Assembly (NCBI RefSeq): GCF_000787575.1
Contig: NW_012236516.1
Span: 342,535-399,079, forward strand
DNA from: Acytostelium subglobosum
Taxonomy: Eukaryota
DNA: 56,545 nt
Reading direction: 5' to 3'
Shown: positions 1-11,137 of the stretch, in pieces
Position numbering within the stretch: the stretch's first letter is position 1
How the letters are laid out: each line of letters opens with the position of its first letter
Notes under the pieces: generated by a model
The model's input: the letters and a program-made list of their open reading frames with translations, nothing else
Databases searched by the model: none
What the model was told of the DNA's origin: nothing
Made by a program: the position numbers and the translations under genes

Positions 1-584
1 TGATTAAAGAATGATCCAAATGATAAGGATGTGACTGAGTCAGGAATAGAACCAATCATCAATGGTTGATTGAAACTATCACCAATTGTCAATGTTGTTA
101 CACTTGATGGTAATACACCTGGTGTCAATGATTGATTGAATCTGTTACCAAATGTCAATGATCTGATTGAACTTGGTATCCAACCACCTTGTAACATCTG
201 ATTAAAGTCACTACCAAAAGTCAGAGATGTAACAGAGGATGGAATGAATCCTTCATACAATGGTTGATTGTATGAACCAAGGTTGATCTCTGTAATCGAT
301 GATGGTACAGGTAGTATAAACGACTTGGGTGGTATCGGTTCGTCATAGCCATCATCATCAAATATCAACTTCTTGATTGTACTTGGTAGTTGTACTGTAC
401 TTGATTGAATGGCATCTTGGGATATTTCAAGTACTTCTGTCACCAATAAAGGATCATCACTGGAGAACAATTGATGACGTTTGTTAAAGAAGTATGGTGA
501 AGTCAATACGAAACTAAGCTTATCAAGTGGATCATCCAACAATGACACAATCCTTTCGACAATATATAATTGAAGTCGAAGCAT
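1..584 (-). CDS. FNIP-repeat protein. The gene's 3' part is cut off by the window edge; the ATG is at 584..582 and this is probably a single exon here.
   Basis: Minus-strand translation from the ATG at 584 gives MLRLQLYIVERIV...ILPVPSSITEINLGSYNQPLYEGFIPSSVTSLTFGSDFNQ...IPSSIRSLTFGNRFNQSL...IPDSVTSLSFGSFFNQ. That is a tandem ~22-aa FNIP repeat (IPxSVxxLxFGxxFNQxL). The frame stays open to position 1. It is missing from the ORF track because no stop codon lies inside the window. Confidence 0.6.
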   Translation of the reverse strand, partial: MLRLQLYIVERIVSLLDDPLDKLSFVLTSPYFFNKRHQLFSSDDPLLVTEVLEISQDAIQSSTVQLPSTIKKLIFDDDGYDEPIPPKSFILPVPSSITEINLGSYNQPLYEGFIPSSVTSLTFGSDFNQMLQGGWIPSSIRSLTFGNRFNQSLTPGVLPSSVTTLTIGDSFNQPLMIGSIPDSVTSLSFGSFFN

Positions 585-769
585 CTTGTTGTTATATGAT
601 TGATTGATTAAAGATTATGTTGACACCTGACCCTTTGGGCAGGTTGAATGTATTTATGCCCAAGAATGACCATTATTGTCCAGGAAGTTTCTTGAAATGA
701 CCAAAATGTTTGAAATCACTGCAAGGAAGAGGTTGGACAAGAATGGAACAGTCAAGATGATGTTTATTA

Positions 770-3700
770 TTATTTGTCATTCAATAACAATTGCTTCCTG
801 GGTAGGTTGGTCTTGCGGGAACTGTAGAGTAACTTGAATAGACCGGTACCAAGTGGAACTGGAATACCCATGATGATACACTCGGACACACCGACAATGT
901 CATCTTGACGTCGATGCACGGCCGCGTCAAAGAGATGGTCGGTGGTCTTCTCAAAGGACGCCAGCATCAGCACGGACTCCTTCATCTTGGCAATGCCGAA
1001 TCTTGTGATTCCTAGGATCTCACCCTTGAACGACATCAGATCAGAGAGTAGCATGACGTGTCTGCTGTCGATGGACATGCCGTGACTCGTCATAATCATC
1101 TGGATCTCTGACATGATGGTGGCGCGCACCGCTTCGATGCCTAGCACCTTCTCCACCTCCATGATGTGGTTGGAGGTTGTGTGTGTGCCCTTGATGCCAG
1201 CCGTGGCCATCACATGGCAGAGGTCGTATCCTTCGACCAACAGTTGATACTTCTCCAGCTTCTCATCGATCTTTGAGATGACCACACGGTTCACCGTTGG
1301 GATACCTCTCACAATGACGTTTGGAAGGTTGTTCTTGAGGAATTGCAATGAGTACAGCATCAACTCCCTTGTGGCGTCAGGTGGAGTGATCCTCAGCTTG
1401 TCATCCTTGACACTAATGTTCTGTTTGGTTGATTGTTAGTTAGTATGATTGATGGGATGGTCCAAATAACCAGACCAGTCGTGCTACATACCTTCTCCTT
1501 GACCTTTAGCTTGGCAGAGAGGATGGACTTCTTGATGGACTCACCATCAATGTCCAATTGATGTGACTCGATAAAGTTACGGTCGAGCTTGACGGCGATG
1601 TAGCATCCTCCATTGCGGAACACCTCCTTGATGAATAGGGCCACTTGGCCAAGGGTAGTCTTTTCGATCCTACCCTTGACGATACGTGCCGATCTAATGT
1701 CGTTGTCGCAATTGAGCGTCGCTGTGATGATGGGTGTGCTGATTGTCTTGGCGGCGTTGATGATCTCCTTGATACGAGGCACTCCCAGAGTGACGTTCAT
1801 ACTGGCTACACCAGCAAAATGGAATGTCTTGAGTGTCATCTGTGTACCTGGCTCTCCAATACTCTGTGCGCCGACGGCGCCCACTGCTGTGCCTGGCTCG
1901 ATCTTGGCGCGGTTATACTTGTCCAGACAGATCTCCAAGAAAATGTCGAGCTGTGAGGTCGTCATTCTGTGTATCTGATCGATCACCTTCTCGGTGGCCT
2001 TTGTCGAGATGGTCCTGTCTTCGTCGTTGTCTGTGGGCTCAAACACGTCCAAGTCCATCTCTACATCGCCGTCTTCAAAGTATGTGGGCAGGCCGAGTGC
2101 CTTGCGCAGTCTGACCAGCTCCTCGATGTATCCCTCTTGCTTGGGCTTGCCGTTGAAGAATGTTCTGATCTCGTCCTTGAACAGGTCGGAGCACTGCGAG
2201 AACTTGTTGCTCTGCAGGTTGACCTCTAGCAGCTTCCTGATCTCGTATGGCTTGAGTGATGGCTCGTTCCTGAACTGCTTGGTGGCCTTGACACTCATCA
2301 TTGCACGCAAGAAGTCGACTGGACGGTCCTTGGCCTCCATACCGGCAGGGTCAAGACCGTCATCACCGTAAGTGAACTGCACGATGCCTCCAATTGAGTC
2401 TCGCACGGTGTAGTCATACTGTGTGGAGAGGTCCTCGAGGGCCTTCATCAGACGTCTCTGCATGTATCCAGTCTCGGCAGTCTTGACAGCTGTATCGACC
2501 AGACCCTCACGACCTCCCATCGTATGGAAGAAGAACTCGGTGGGAATCATGCCAGTGTAGAAGCTGTTGGCGACGAAGCCCTTTGCGGGTGGCTCCTTGG
2601 CGTTGATCTTGAAGTGCGGCGTCGTCCTGTTGGTGAAGCCGTTGGGAATACGCGTGCCATTCACAGTCTGTTGGCCGACACAGGCTATCATCTGGGCAAT
2701 GTTGATGTTGGATCCCTTGGAACCACACAGCGCCATGATCAGTGGCGAGTTGAAATGCGGCAGCTCCTTGACGCACAGCTTACCACACTCGTCACGAATC
2801 TCTGACAGCACGCTGTTCATCTTGGCCTCGAGCGTTTGCTCCACTGAGCAACCTGACTGCGCTGCCATCTGGCCCTTGCGGTAAGCGTCGAGGAACTCCT
2901 CACACTTGTCATTTCCACGAGCAATGATCGCATCCTTCTTGGCGTTGAGGTCGACCGAGGGTTTGACGTCGGGGATACCGATGGAGAATCCCTGGTCGCC
3001 CAGGAATCGCGCACACAGCTTGGCCAACCTGGTCATGCAGTTGGCAGCAATGGCTGGCGTAAAGTCACGCATCAGGATGTGGAACAGTGAGTTCTTGTTG
3101 CCACCACCGATGATGGCCTTGTCGATCGAGCCACACATCAGCTCGCTGTTCCTGAAGCACACGTATCCGTCGCGTGGACACATGAACAGGTTCTTCTCGT
3201 ACGTCCTGGACTTGGTCTCGAGGTTGACGAGCACGTGCGACCTGATCGAAGGTCTGAGAAGCACTTCAAAGATCTGCTTGCCCGTCCACAGCTCCATGGG
3301 CTTCATGATGGCGGGCGGTGGCAGGTCGATATGCTCGTATGCATCGGCAAAATGCGTGCACATGTGTGCGAATCGCGAACGGTCGTAGAAGGCGTCGCGC
3401 CTTGATATGAGGTAGGACGATGTCAAGAAGTCCTGTGTGGCGGCCACAAGGGGCTCACCGTTACGCGGTGTGATCAGGTTGTTGGTGACACCCATCAGGA
3501 TGAGTGCCTCGGCACGCGCCTCCTCAGTCTGCGGCAGATGGAGATTCATCTCATCACCATCAAAGTCGGCGTTGTATGGTGTGCACACACACTCGTTGAA
3601 TCGCAGTGTGCGCCATGGCATCACACGGGCCTTGTGCGCCATAATCGACAGCTTGTGCAGTGAGGGCTGACGGTTGAACAGCACGACGTCGCCATCAATG

Positions 3701-5190
3701 ATATGTCGCTCCACAATGTCGCCTGGCTTCAGCTCAGCGGCAAACTTCTCTCTGTTGCCATACTTGAGCCACTTCTTCTCGCCGTCCGCGTAGATGATGT
3801 AGTTGGCGCCTGGATGCTTGTCGGGTCCGTTCAGTACGTAGCGCTGAAGACGCTTGAGGTTGTACTCGGCGACGCGCTCGGGGAACGTCATGGTGAGCGC
3901 GATCAGATGAGGCACGGCCACCTCATCAATGTTGAGATTGGGGTCTGGCGAAATGACTGTACGGCCCGAGAAGTCGACACGCTTTCCCGAGAGATTGCCA
4001 CGGAAACGTCCAGTCTTGCCCTTGAGCCGCTGCGAAAGGCCACGAATCGGCTTCTGTGGCTTCAGATGCAGCGGCAGGCCGGGCAGCTCGCTGTTAATGT
4101 AGATGGCGCAGCTCGCCTGCAGGTAGTCCCAGTCCTCCATGATGGCGCCCATGTCCACCTTGTCGACGTTCGAGCGAATGTGCTCGTTGATGTGAAGTAT
4201 GTCCGACAGCTTCATGGTGAGGTCGTCCTCGTTGGAGCCGCTGCCGCCGTCCATGGGCACGGACGGACGGATCGAGACGGGTGGCACCAGAAGATGCGTG
4301 AGAATGAGGCGCTCGGGACGACCCAGCTCGGGGCTCATGTCGAGCAGCTCGGTGTCCTGGAAGCTGATGCGCTTGAACAGGTTGAGCACGACCAGCGGGT
4401 TGAGGTCCTCCTGTGCCTTCTTGATGTGCGCCTTAAGCTCCGAGTTGTACTTGATCGCCTCGTCAAAGTTGGAGATAAAGTCGCGAATGTACTCGTCATT
4501 CTTGCCCTTGTATCGCTCGTGGATCAGCTTCAGCGCCGACACCTTCTTCACTGAGCCCTGCACACTATTACATCTTGGGCATGTCTTCTTCTTCCTACAC
4601 TCTGTATATATCTTCTTGAGCAGTGATCTTCGCTGCAATACGTCCAACTTCCTATTACGTATCTTTCGAAGGAATAGCTGTTTCTTGTCCTCGTCCAACA
4701 ATATGCATGCACAGTTCTGAATGAATGAATGAGTGAGTATGATGATGTGACTCTCGGGCGAGACAACGACATACCTTGCATATCATTTGAAGTATGTTTG
4801 TGATGTTCTTGAAGTAACCAATGTGGAAGACGGGTAGTTGTAGCTCGATGTAGCCAAAATGACCGACGCAGTCGACGATGCTGAGGCCACATGTTTGACA
4901 AATGACAGACTTGTCTGATGTGCCCAGTCTGTTGTCCAAACATCCATATGCCATTGCTGTTCTCTTCTCCTGATTGAACAGTTCTCTATTGATAATCTCC
5001 ACGTGTGACAATCTGATCATATCATCCGGTGACAATATACCAAATTGTATGTGTCCACTACATCATCATCATCATCATTGTAACAATGTTAATATCCATG
5101 TCCATTAACATCATGATTATACGTTATAATGTGAGTGTGTACATACATCTTCTTTGGACCATCGTCCATCTTTATAAGTTCCTTTGTCAT
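770..5190 (-). CDS. RPC1: DNA-directed RNA polymerase III largest subunit (RPC1/RPC160), 4 exons: 5190..5147, 5057..4777, 4718..1491, 1420..770
   Basis: Exon 1 and 2 together read [15 protein letters not shown]|[27 protein letters not shown]...[29 protein letters not shown], which matches the Pol III N-terminal zinc-binding clamp. The large exon contains [23 protein letters not shown] (the catalytic aspartate triad), [14 protein letters not shown], and the funnel/cleft motifs [14 protein letters not shown]. The last exon contains [42 protein letters not shown]. Introns have GTATGT donors and YAG acceptors and are 89, 58 and 70 nt long. Confidence 0.9.
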
Positions 5191-6786
5191 TGTTGTGTGA
5201 TGTGTATGTGTATATGTGTGTATTTACATGTGTGATATATGTGTATGTTTATGTTACGACTACGTATCTCTATGTACGTGCGTGAATGAATGAATGATCT
5301 AAACAAGTTGGCGCGCCTTGTAGTTCAAAGCATTCTTCGCTTTTCAACACTCAACTTGTTTGAAAAAATGAAGATGGACAAACCCTCATTACCCTTCACT
5401 TCATTCTCACCGAGTTACAACAATCACACACAGATAATAATAATAAGTTGGTACAGATAATAATAACTTATATCATTATTATTATTATTATTATATGTGC
5501 GACCGTCAAACATTAATGTTTGTGATCACAACCAACTATAATGAAGCATCATTCATGATGCTAATGATTAAAATATAATCAACATTACAGGTGTAACAAT
5601 ACTAGTGCTTTGATTTTGTCCAAAATACAGCCTTCACCTCAATCAATCAATCTCAATCAATCAATCATCAATCAACCAAGCAATCAATCTATAACACCCA
5701 TGGTATATGGGTAGATATAAGATGTGCACACATCTCACACAGACAGAGCCAAGCAATTCGTACTGTAAACATGTGTATGGATGGTTGGATTGATTGATGG
5801 AAGATTAAAATCCAGGTTGGAATAAGGCCATAATCCTTCCCTTGCACAAGGGAAACACACCAGACTCTACAAATGTAGAGGAAACGCATTATTTATCTTT
5901 GGCTCGCACACCTCCCAAATAGACATCCATCAATCCAAGATCAAAAAGGAGAGGCCGGATTTAACAACCATCAACCAGTGTGGTGGAGGAGCCCAACCCA
6001 AACGCAACTAATCGATAACAACGATCGTCTGTCTCTCCCTCTCTCTGTACAATCAATCACACACAAATATAACAAAGATGTCTCTGTCGAATCATTCGGA
6101 CATCCGTCGTCCCACAAGCATTGACGGTCATTGATGATGGGATGATCTGGTAAATGGAACATACTTACTCGAGTATGTGTGTCTGTTGTACCTCATCTAA
6201 CAACATACCTACCCATCGGTCGTCCGGTAATTCCACCATTTAAAATCTATTTTACATCAACCATCAAGGAGGATCTTGATTAACGAGTAAGTCATGGATG
6301 GACACACAAGCAACTGTAAACTTAAGTGTGTCCGTGAGTGTGTGATTGATTGATCAGACGTCACCTACAATCAATCAATCAATCACAGTCACACACTCAC
6401 ACACAAATACACCCAGATGAATTCCATCAATCAAAGTTATACTTTGAAGATTGATTGGATTGATTGTAATAATAATAGATGATAAAACCTACACATTCAA
6501 ATAATGCCGAGTTTGCCTTATTTGGATGTATGGAAGATGCCATGCCTTTAAATAGAGATGTGGAGACGTCTCAATATGAGATCAATCAATCAAATCAACG
6601 AACAGCCAGTCATCATCAACAAACATCAGATATATATATCAATTTAGATATTTTAGATAATTCAAGATACTTATTAATTACCATTAATTTAATTTAATTA
6701 CACATAATTTTATTTTATTAATTAATTAATAAGTTTGCTTTTGCTCCTCCTGTCCAACAAACAATACATATACAAACGAACAAACA

Positions 6787-7422
6787 ATGAGGAATCAATT
6801 ATCATCATCAAAGTTTATTATTTTTGCAATTGTCGTCCTACTCCTTTCTCTCTGTATGTTCAATGTGTGCTCTGCAACTAACGGAAACAACAATGATCAA
6901 GGCCATGAGACCCAGCAGCAGGAGCAAGAGCATCCTCAAACTCAGGTGCAACAATCTCGAGGTCAAGACTCTCCGCCACCACCTTCAACCCCACAACCTT
7001 CAACTCCACAACCTCAACAACAATCATCACCTGCTTATGAGACTCCTCGTGAGCAGGCACAGGTTCGCAACAACAACCAGGAACAGGGACATGAGCGTAC
7101 TACTCAAGATCATCCACAGGAAACTCCACAAGTAACTTCTCCACCTCCACCACCAGCTACCCCACAAGCTACTCCACCTCCACCTCCACCTGCTACCCCA
7201 CAACCTACTCCACAACCTACTCCACAACCTACTCCACAAGTAACATCTCCACCAGCTACTCCACCTCCTCAAGAACAACATCAACAGGAACAGGAACGCA
7301 ATAATCAGAAGAAAGAAGAGCAGAGACACCAGCAAGAGAACCAGGACAACCAAAGACGTCACATTAATCAAGCATTGTCAAGTTTCTTTGGACGCGAGAT
7401 GTCGCAGAATGATATATGGTAA
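6787..7422 (+). CDS. Secreted Pro/Thr/Gln-rich low-complexity protein with a signal peptide. The stop TAA overlaps a GTAAGT-like site, so a further 3' exon cannot be excluded.
   Basis: The N-terminus MRNQLSSSKFIIFAIVVLLLSLCMFNVCSA is hydrophobic, like a signal peptide. It is followed by TPQP/PPPPPATPQ repeats, which is a mucin- or extensin-like composition. Confidence 0.45.
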   Translation: MRNQLSSSKFIIFAIVVLLLSLCMFNVCSATNGNNNDQGHETQQQEQEHPQTQVQQSRGQDSPPPPSTPQPSTPQPQQQSSPAYETPREQAQVRNNNQEQGHERTTQDHPQETPQVTSPPPPPATPQATPPPPPPATPQPTPQPTPQPTPQVTSPPATPPPQEQHQQEQERNNQKKEEQRHQQENQDNQRRHINQALSSFFGREMSQNDIW

Positions 7423-7684
7423 GTATCAAATTAATATCCAATATCTCCAGAATTATAAGTGTAAGGATGTAAGTTCTAAAGAGTTGATCCACCGTCCCCA
7501 TCATTGTAGGCCAAACCAAGGACAAAGTCTGAAGAAGACCACCAACTGTGTGAATTGTGATTGAACGTGAGTGAAGTCTAGTCTGTCTGTTCTGTTCTGT
7601 GAGTGTTAGGGAATATGAAAGTGTGTGCTGTGCGCTAGAGAGAAGAGAGAGAAAGGTATAACATCGTGCTGTAGTAGTCCAAAT

Positions 7685-7730
7685 CAAGTCCAGTCAAGTC
7701 CAGTCAAGTCAAGTCTAGTCAAGTCTAAGG
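7685..7730. repeat. Short tandem minisatellite with a ~10-bp unit (caagtccagt and variants, about 4-5 copies)
   Basis: Read directly: caagtccagt caagtccagt caagtcaagtctagt caagtctaag. Confidence 0.5.
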
Positions 7731-7923
7731 TCTGTGTTTTCATCCAAGTGTGTAGTTCTGGTTGGCCCAGTCTTCCAGTCCAGGTCCAGTGTCCCAAGTT
7801 CCAAGAGAGAATGTGTGTATGTGTACAAATTAATGGTTTCGAACAAATATATTATATTATATATACATATATATATAATAAATATATATATATTCAGATT
7901 TTAATCGAGTTGAAATTAATTTA

Positions 7924-7928
<5 letters not shown>

Positions 7929-7955
<27 letters not shown>

Positions 7956-7957
7956 AA
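7929..7957. repeat. (TTTA)n microsatellite, about 6 units
   Basis: atttatttatttatttatttattta read directly from the sequence. Confidence 0.6.
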
Positions 7958-7981
7958 AAATTGGAATAGGAATTGTCTTTT

Positions 7982-10594
7982 TTAGAGTTGGATGATGGCT
8001 AGGAACACAATGATTGAGATCATCGTGATCATCATGGACGACGACAATGATGAACCAGTTGATGGGCGAGGGTCTGTTGAGGATGTTGAGATTGTGATTG
8101 TTGCCGTGATCGTCTGGGAGCTGGAGGTGGATGTGCTTTGGGTGGTAGTTGAACCCTGAGTGGTAGTAGAGCTCTGGGTAGAGGTAGTTGATCCCTGAGT
8201 GGAAGTTGTACCTTGGGTCGATGTTGAACCTTGAGTTGATGTAGTACCCTGAGTGGATGTGGTCGAACCTTGAGTTGATGGTGTGGATCCGTACTTGGTT
8301 GACTGACCATTGACAGTGACCTCAACTTGGATGCCATTGATTGAAGAGGCAAATCCGAGAGTGATCATAGTGTGGGACACTTTGCTAACTGGTTGTTCCT
8401 TGTCGTTGACCTTCACAGTGACAACCTCCTTCCATTGACCAAAGTTATTTCCATAGATTGTCAAGTTGCTGTTTGATGTAGAGTAGAGCGAAGAGATCAT
8501 TGGTGGCTGGTATCCCCACTTGACAGTGTATGGTATGTTGTCCTGGTGGAATTGGTATGTGTAGTTGTATCCGATACCAGTACCTGGGTTAACTTGGAAT
8601 TTGAAGTACTTGTTTGGCAAAGTGATCGTAGCATCTGGTTGGTTGTTGGTATCTGGGTTCTTGATTGTCCAACCCATATCAACTCCAGAAACATAGACAT
8701 ATCCTCCACTAGTAGGTGGCAATGCAGAAGGTCCATCAATCTTCATTGTTGCTATAATGGATGATTGAATGTTAGATAATTAATCCATTCATGGTGATTG
8801 ATTGACTAACACTTACGACAACCAATGTACTGAGTGGCGCTGTTGTAGTTGGAGAATGAGTTGCCGGTAATGGAAACGATTGAATTCTTGAGGAACTCTG
8901 GCTCACAAAGGAAGCAAGATGGGATTGGTCCAGACAATGTATTGTTGTTCAAGTTAGCCTTGATTGTTAATGGGACTTCACAAAACTCTTGTGGAAGGTT
9001 TCCAGTAAACTAATAATAATTATTAATTAATAAGTTAGTGATTGTTTGGATTGAATGAATGAATGAGTGATTGATTGATCACACTTACTCTGTTATTTTG
9101 GATATAGAACTCGGTGTAGCTTGAGTAGTTGGTGGCGGGGAGTGATCCAACAATAGAGTTGTATCCAATGTAGACTCTTGAGAGGTTGGTGAAGAGGTCG
9201 AATCTGCTACCAATATCAGTTGGAACATTTCCATTCAAGTAGAGGATGCTGGTTGCACCGAATGGTCTTCTGAACCAACCTGGGAACTTCAAGTTGTTAT
9301 AGAACCATTGGGCATTAGATAGGTCCAACATATTCAACTTCATATTCTTTGTGTAATCAAATTGATTCACTCCATCTGGCATTCTGAATCCATCACCTTT
9401 GATGTGTCTGGATTGAATCAATTGAATATTAGTCAAACAAGTTCAATGATTGAGTGATCGGATGATACTTACAATTGTCCAACAGGGGAGCTTGAAACAA
9501 AGAGTGATTGTGGGAGAATTGATTGAGGTGCTGGGTTGTTGGCGTTGGGTGGGAATGTGAATTGGCTGAATTGTGATCGAGGTATGTTAGTCAAGTTTAC
9601 TTTATGATAAAGATGATTAAATACATACACGGAGAACTGGAATGATTTGAACTGATCGAATGAATCAAAGGTCCAAGCAGTCTTGGTAACAATAAACTCG
9701 CTATTCATTATTGATTGTAAGTTAGCAAACCTGATCCTAAATGTTTGATTGATCTAACTTACAGTGCATTCAACTTGGTGAATGATTGAGTCCAGCTCAT
9801 TGGGATGGTTCCACTGGTGACTGGGAATGCCATGTTACCAATGGTTACTGTGCCAGATGATTCTGGTAGTGTGACATCACCGGTAGCACCATATATGTAG
9901 AATAATTGAAGACCTGGTGCATTAAAGATTGTTGATGGGAATGAACTTCCAGAGAACCTATAAATAGTCAAATAGTTGAATGAGTCTGGGAACTTTGAGC
10001 CCCAATCAGATGGAACTGATTGAATATTCTCCTCATATCCAGTACTAAATAAACATATGTTGATAGATTGTTAGATAGATATTTTCCAAACATTTGAACA
10101 AGTATATAAACATACTAATATTGGAAAACAACATTGTTGGGGAATGACCAGAAGTTATGTGGAACGTATACATTCTTGGCAGTCCTGATGAGCGGTAATG
10201 GTGTCAGTATGGGATGGTATGGAAGGGGTGGAATGATTCCAACTTACAATCCAGTCAATTTGGTAAAGGCACCAAATACATCAGGAAGGGCGACTGGTGA
10301 TGTTGAGGTAAGTGATAGTGATATCACATTATGTTTTAAGGCATCACATGTGATACCTGTGTTCTTAACACATGGAGTGGTCAAGTTCCAAGCAGTGGCT
10401 CCAATTGCATTCTTGATCTGAGTGAGTGCATCCACTATATTGATTCATTGTTAGAATTGTTCCACTCTAAAGGTTTTGAAGGAAGACATACATTCATTTG
10501 CATCAAGTTGAGCATTAACATTGACAAAACATAATTCAGACAACAAGATAACTAGTATCAATGTTGTGGAAAGTTGATTAATATTTTTAAACAT
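7982..10594 (-). CDS. Secreted or GPI-anchored surface protein with a plant-type (LRRNT_2 plus LSGxIP) leucine-rich-repeat ectodomain, a Ser/Thr-rich stalk and a C-terminal hydrophobic anchor. It has multiple exons, at least 6.
   Basis: Exon 1 (10594..10492) encodes MFKNINQLSTTLILVILLSELCFVNVNAQLDANE, a signal peptide. Exon 2 starts at 10434 and encodes LDALTQIKNAIGATAWNLTTPCVKNTGITCDALKHNVISLSL, which has the LRRNT_2 cap pattern. Internal exons (minus ORFs 9759-9971, 9469-9708, 9035-9436 and roughly 8815-9020) carry LRR units such as NNTLSGPIPSCF, LYLNGNVPTDIGS, YIGYNSIVGSLP and NSFSNYNSATQYIG. The last exon (8746..7982) encodes TGIGYNYTYQFH..LTIYGNNFGQW..(STQG)n..MMITMISIIVFLAIIQL with a stop. 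Introns are GTATGT/GTAAGT..AG. Internal exon borders are approximate. Confidence 0.6.
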
Positions 10595-11137
10595 TATTAT
10601 TATTATTACAATGATGTAACTTTATAAAGTTAGAAGATGGTAAAGTACGAATGATGATGAAGTATGAGTGATGATGAAGAGGGTTACCTTACCTGCCGTC
10701 ACATGGTCTGATTCATGAATGACTGGTGATGGTGATGATAATAATAGTGTTTTGTCGTTGATGGGGAGTTATGTTGTTGGATATTTATTTATTTGAATAA
10801 ATTCCATTGTTACTCGCTGGGTTGGGTCAGAGGCTGAAGGTCTTGGAAGAGACCTCATCATTGGGGGTGCCCCTATCCAAATGGCAGTGATCTTGACAAA
10901 AAATATCAGCCCCCAACGATTGCAAACGTCATCGCTTTCGTTTCGTTTCGTTTCGTGCACACTCGGTATGATTGTGTCAATGGGGGTAAGATATTTGTTT
11001 GTTGGAATGGATGGCAGACACCTATGACTTGGGATACTGAGATGACACTTGTTTCGGGATACATGGACCAATGGAGGGGTAAACAATGAGATGGTCCTGC
11101 GACTCCATGCTGGTCAGCTGTCTTGGGCTGAGGGTCT

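Noticed and set aside
1613-4720. Numerous plus-strand ORFs of 60-283 aa (for example 3703..4554 and 4199..4720) overlapping the RPC1 coding exon
   Set aside because: They lie antisense to a strongly supported, highly conserved Pol III coding region. Their compositions (Arg/Ser/Leu-rich) are typical of antisense read-through. They carry no recognisable motifs.
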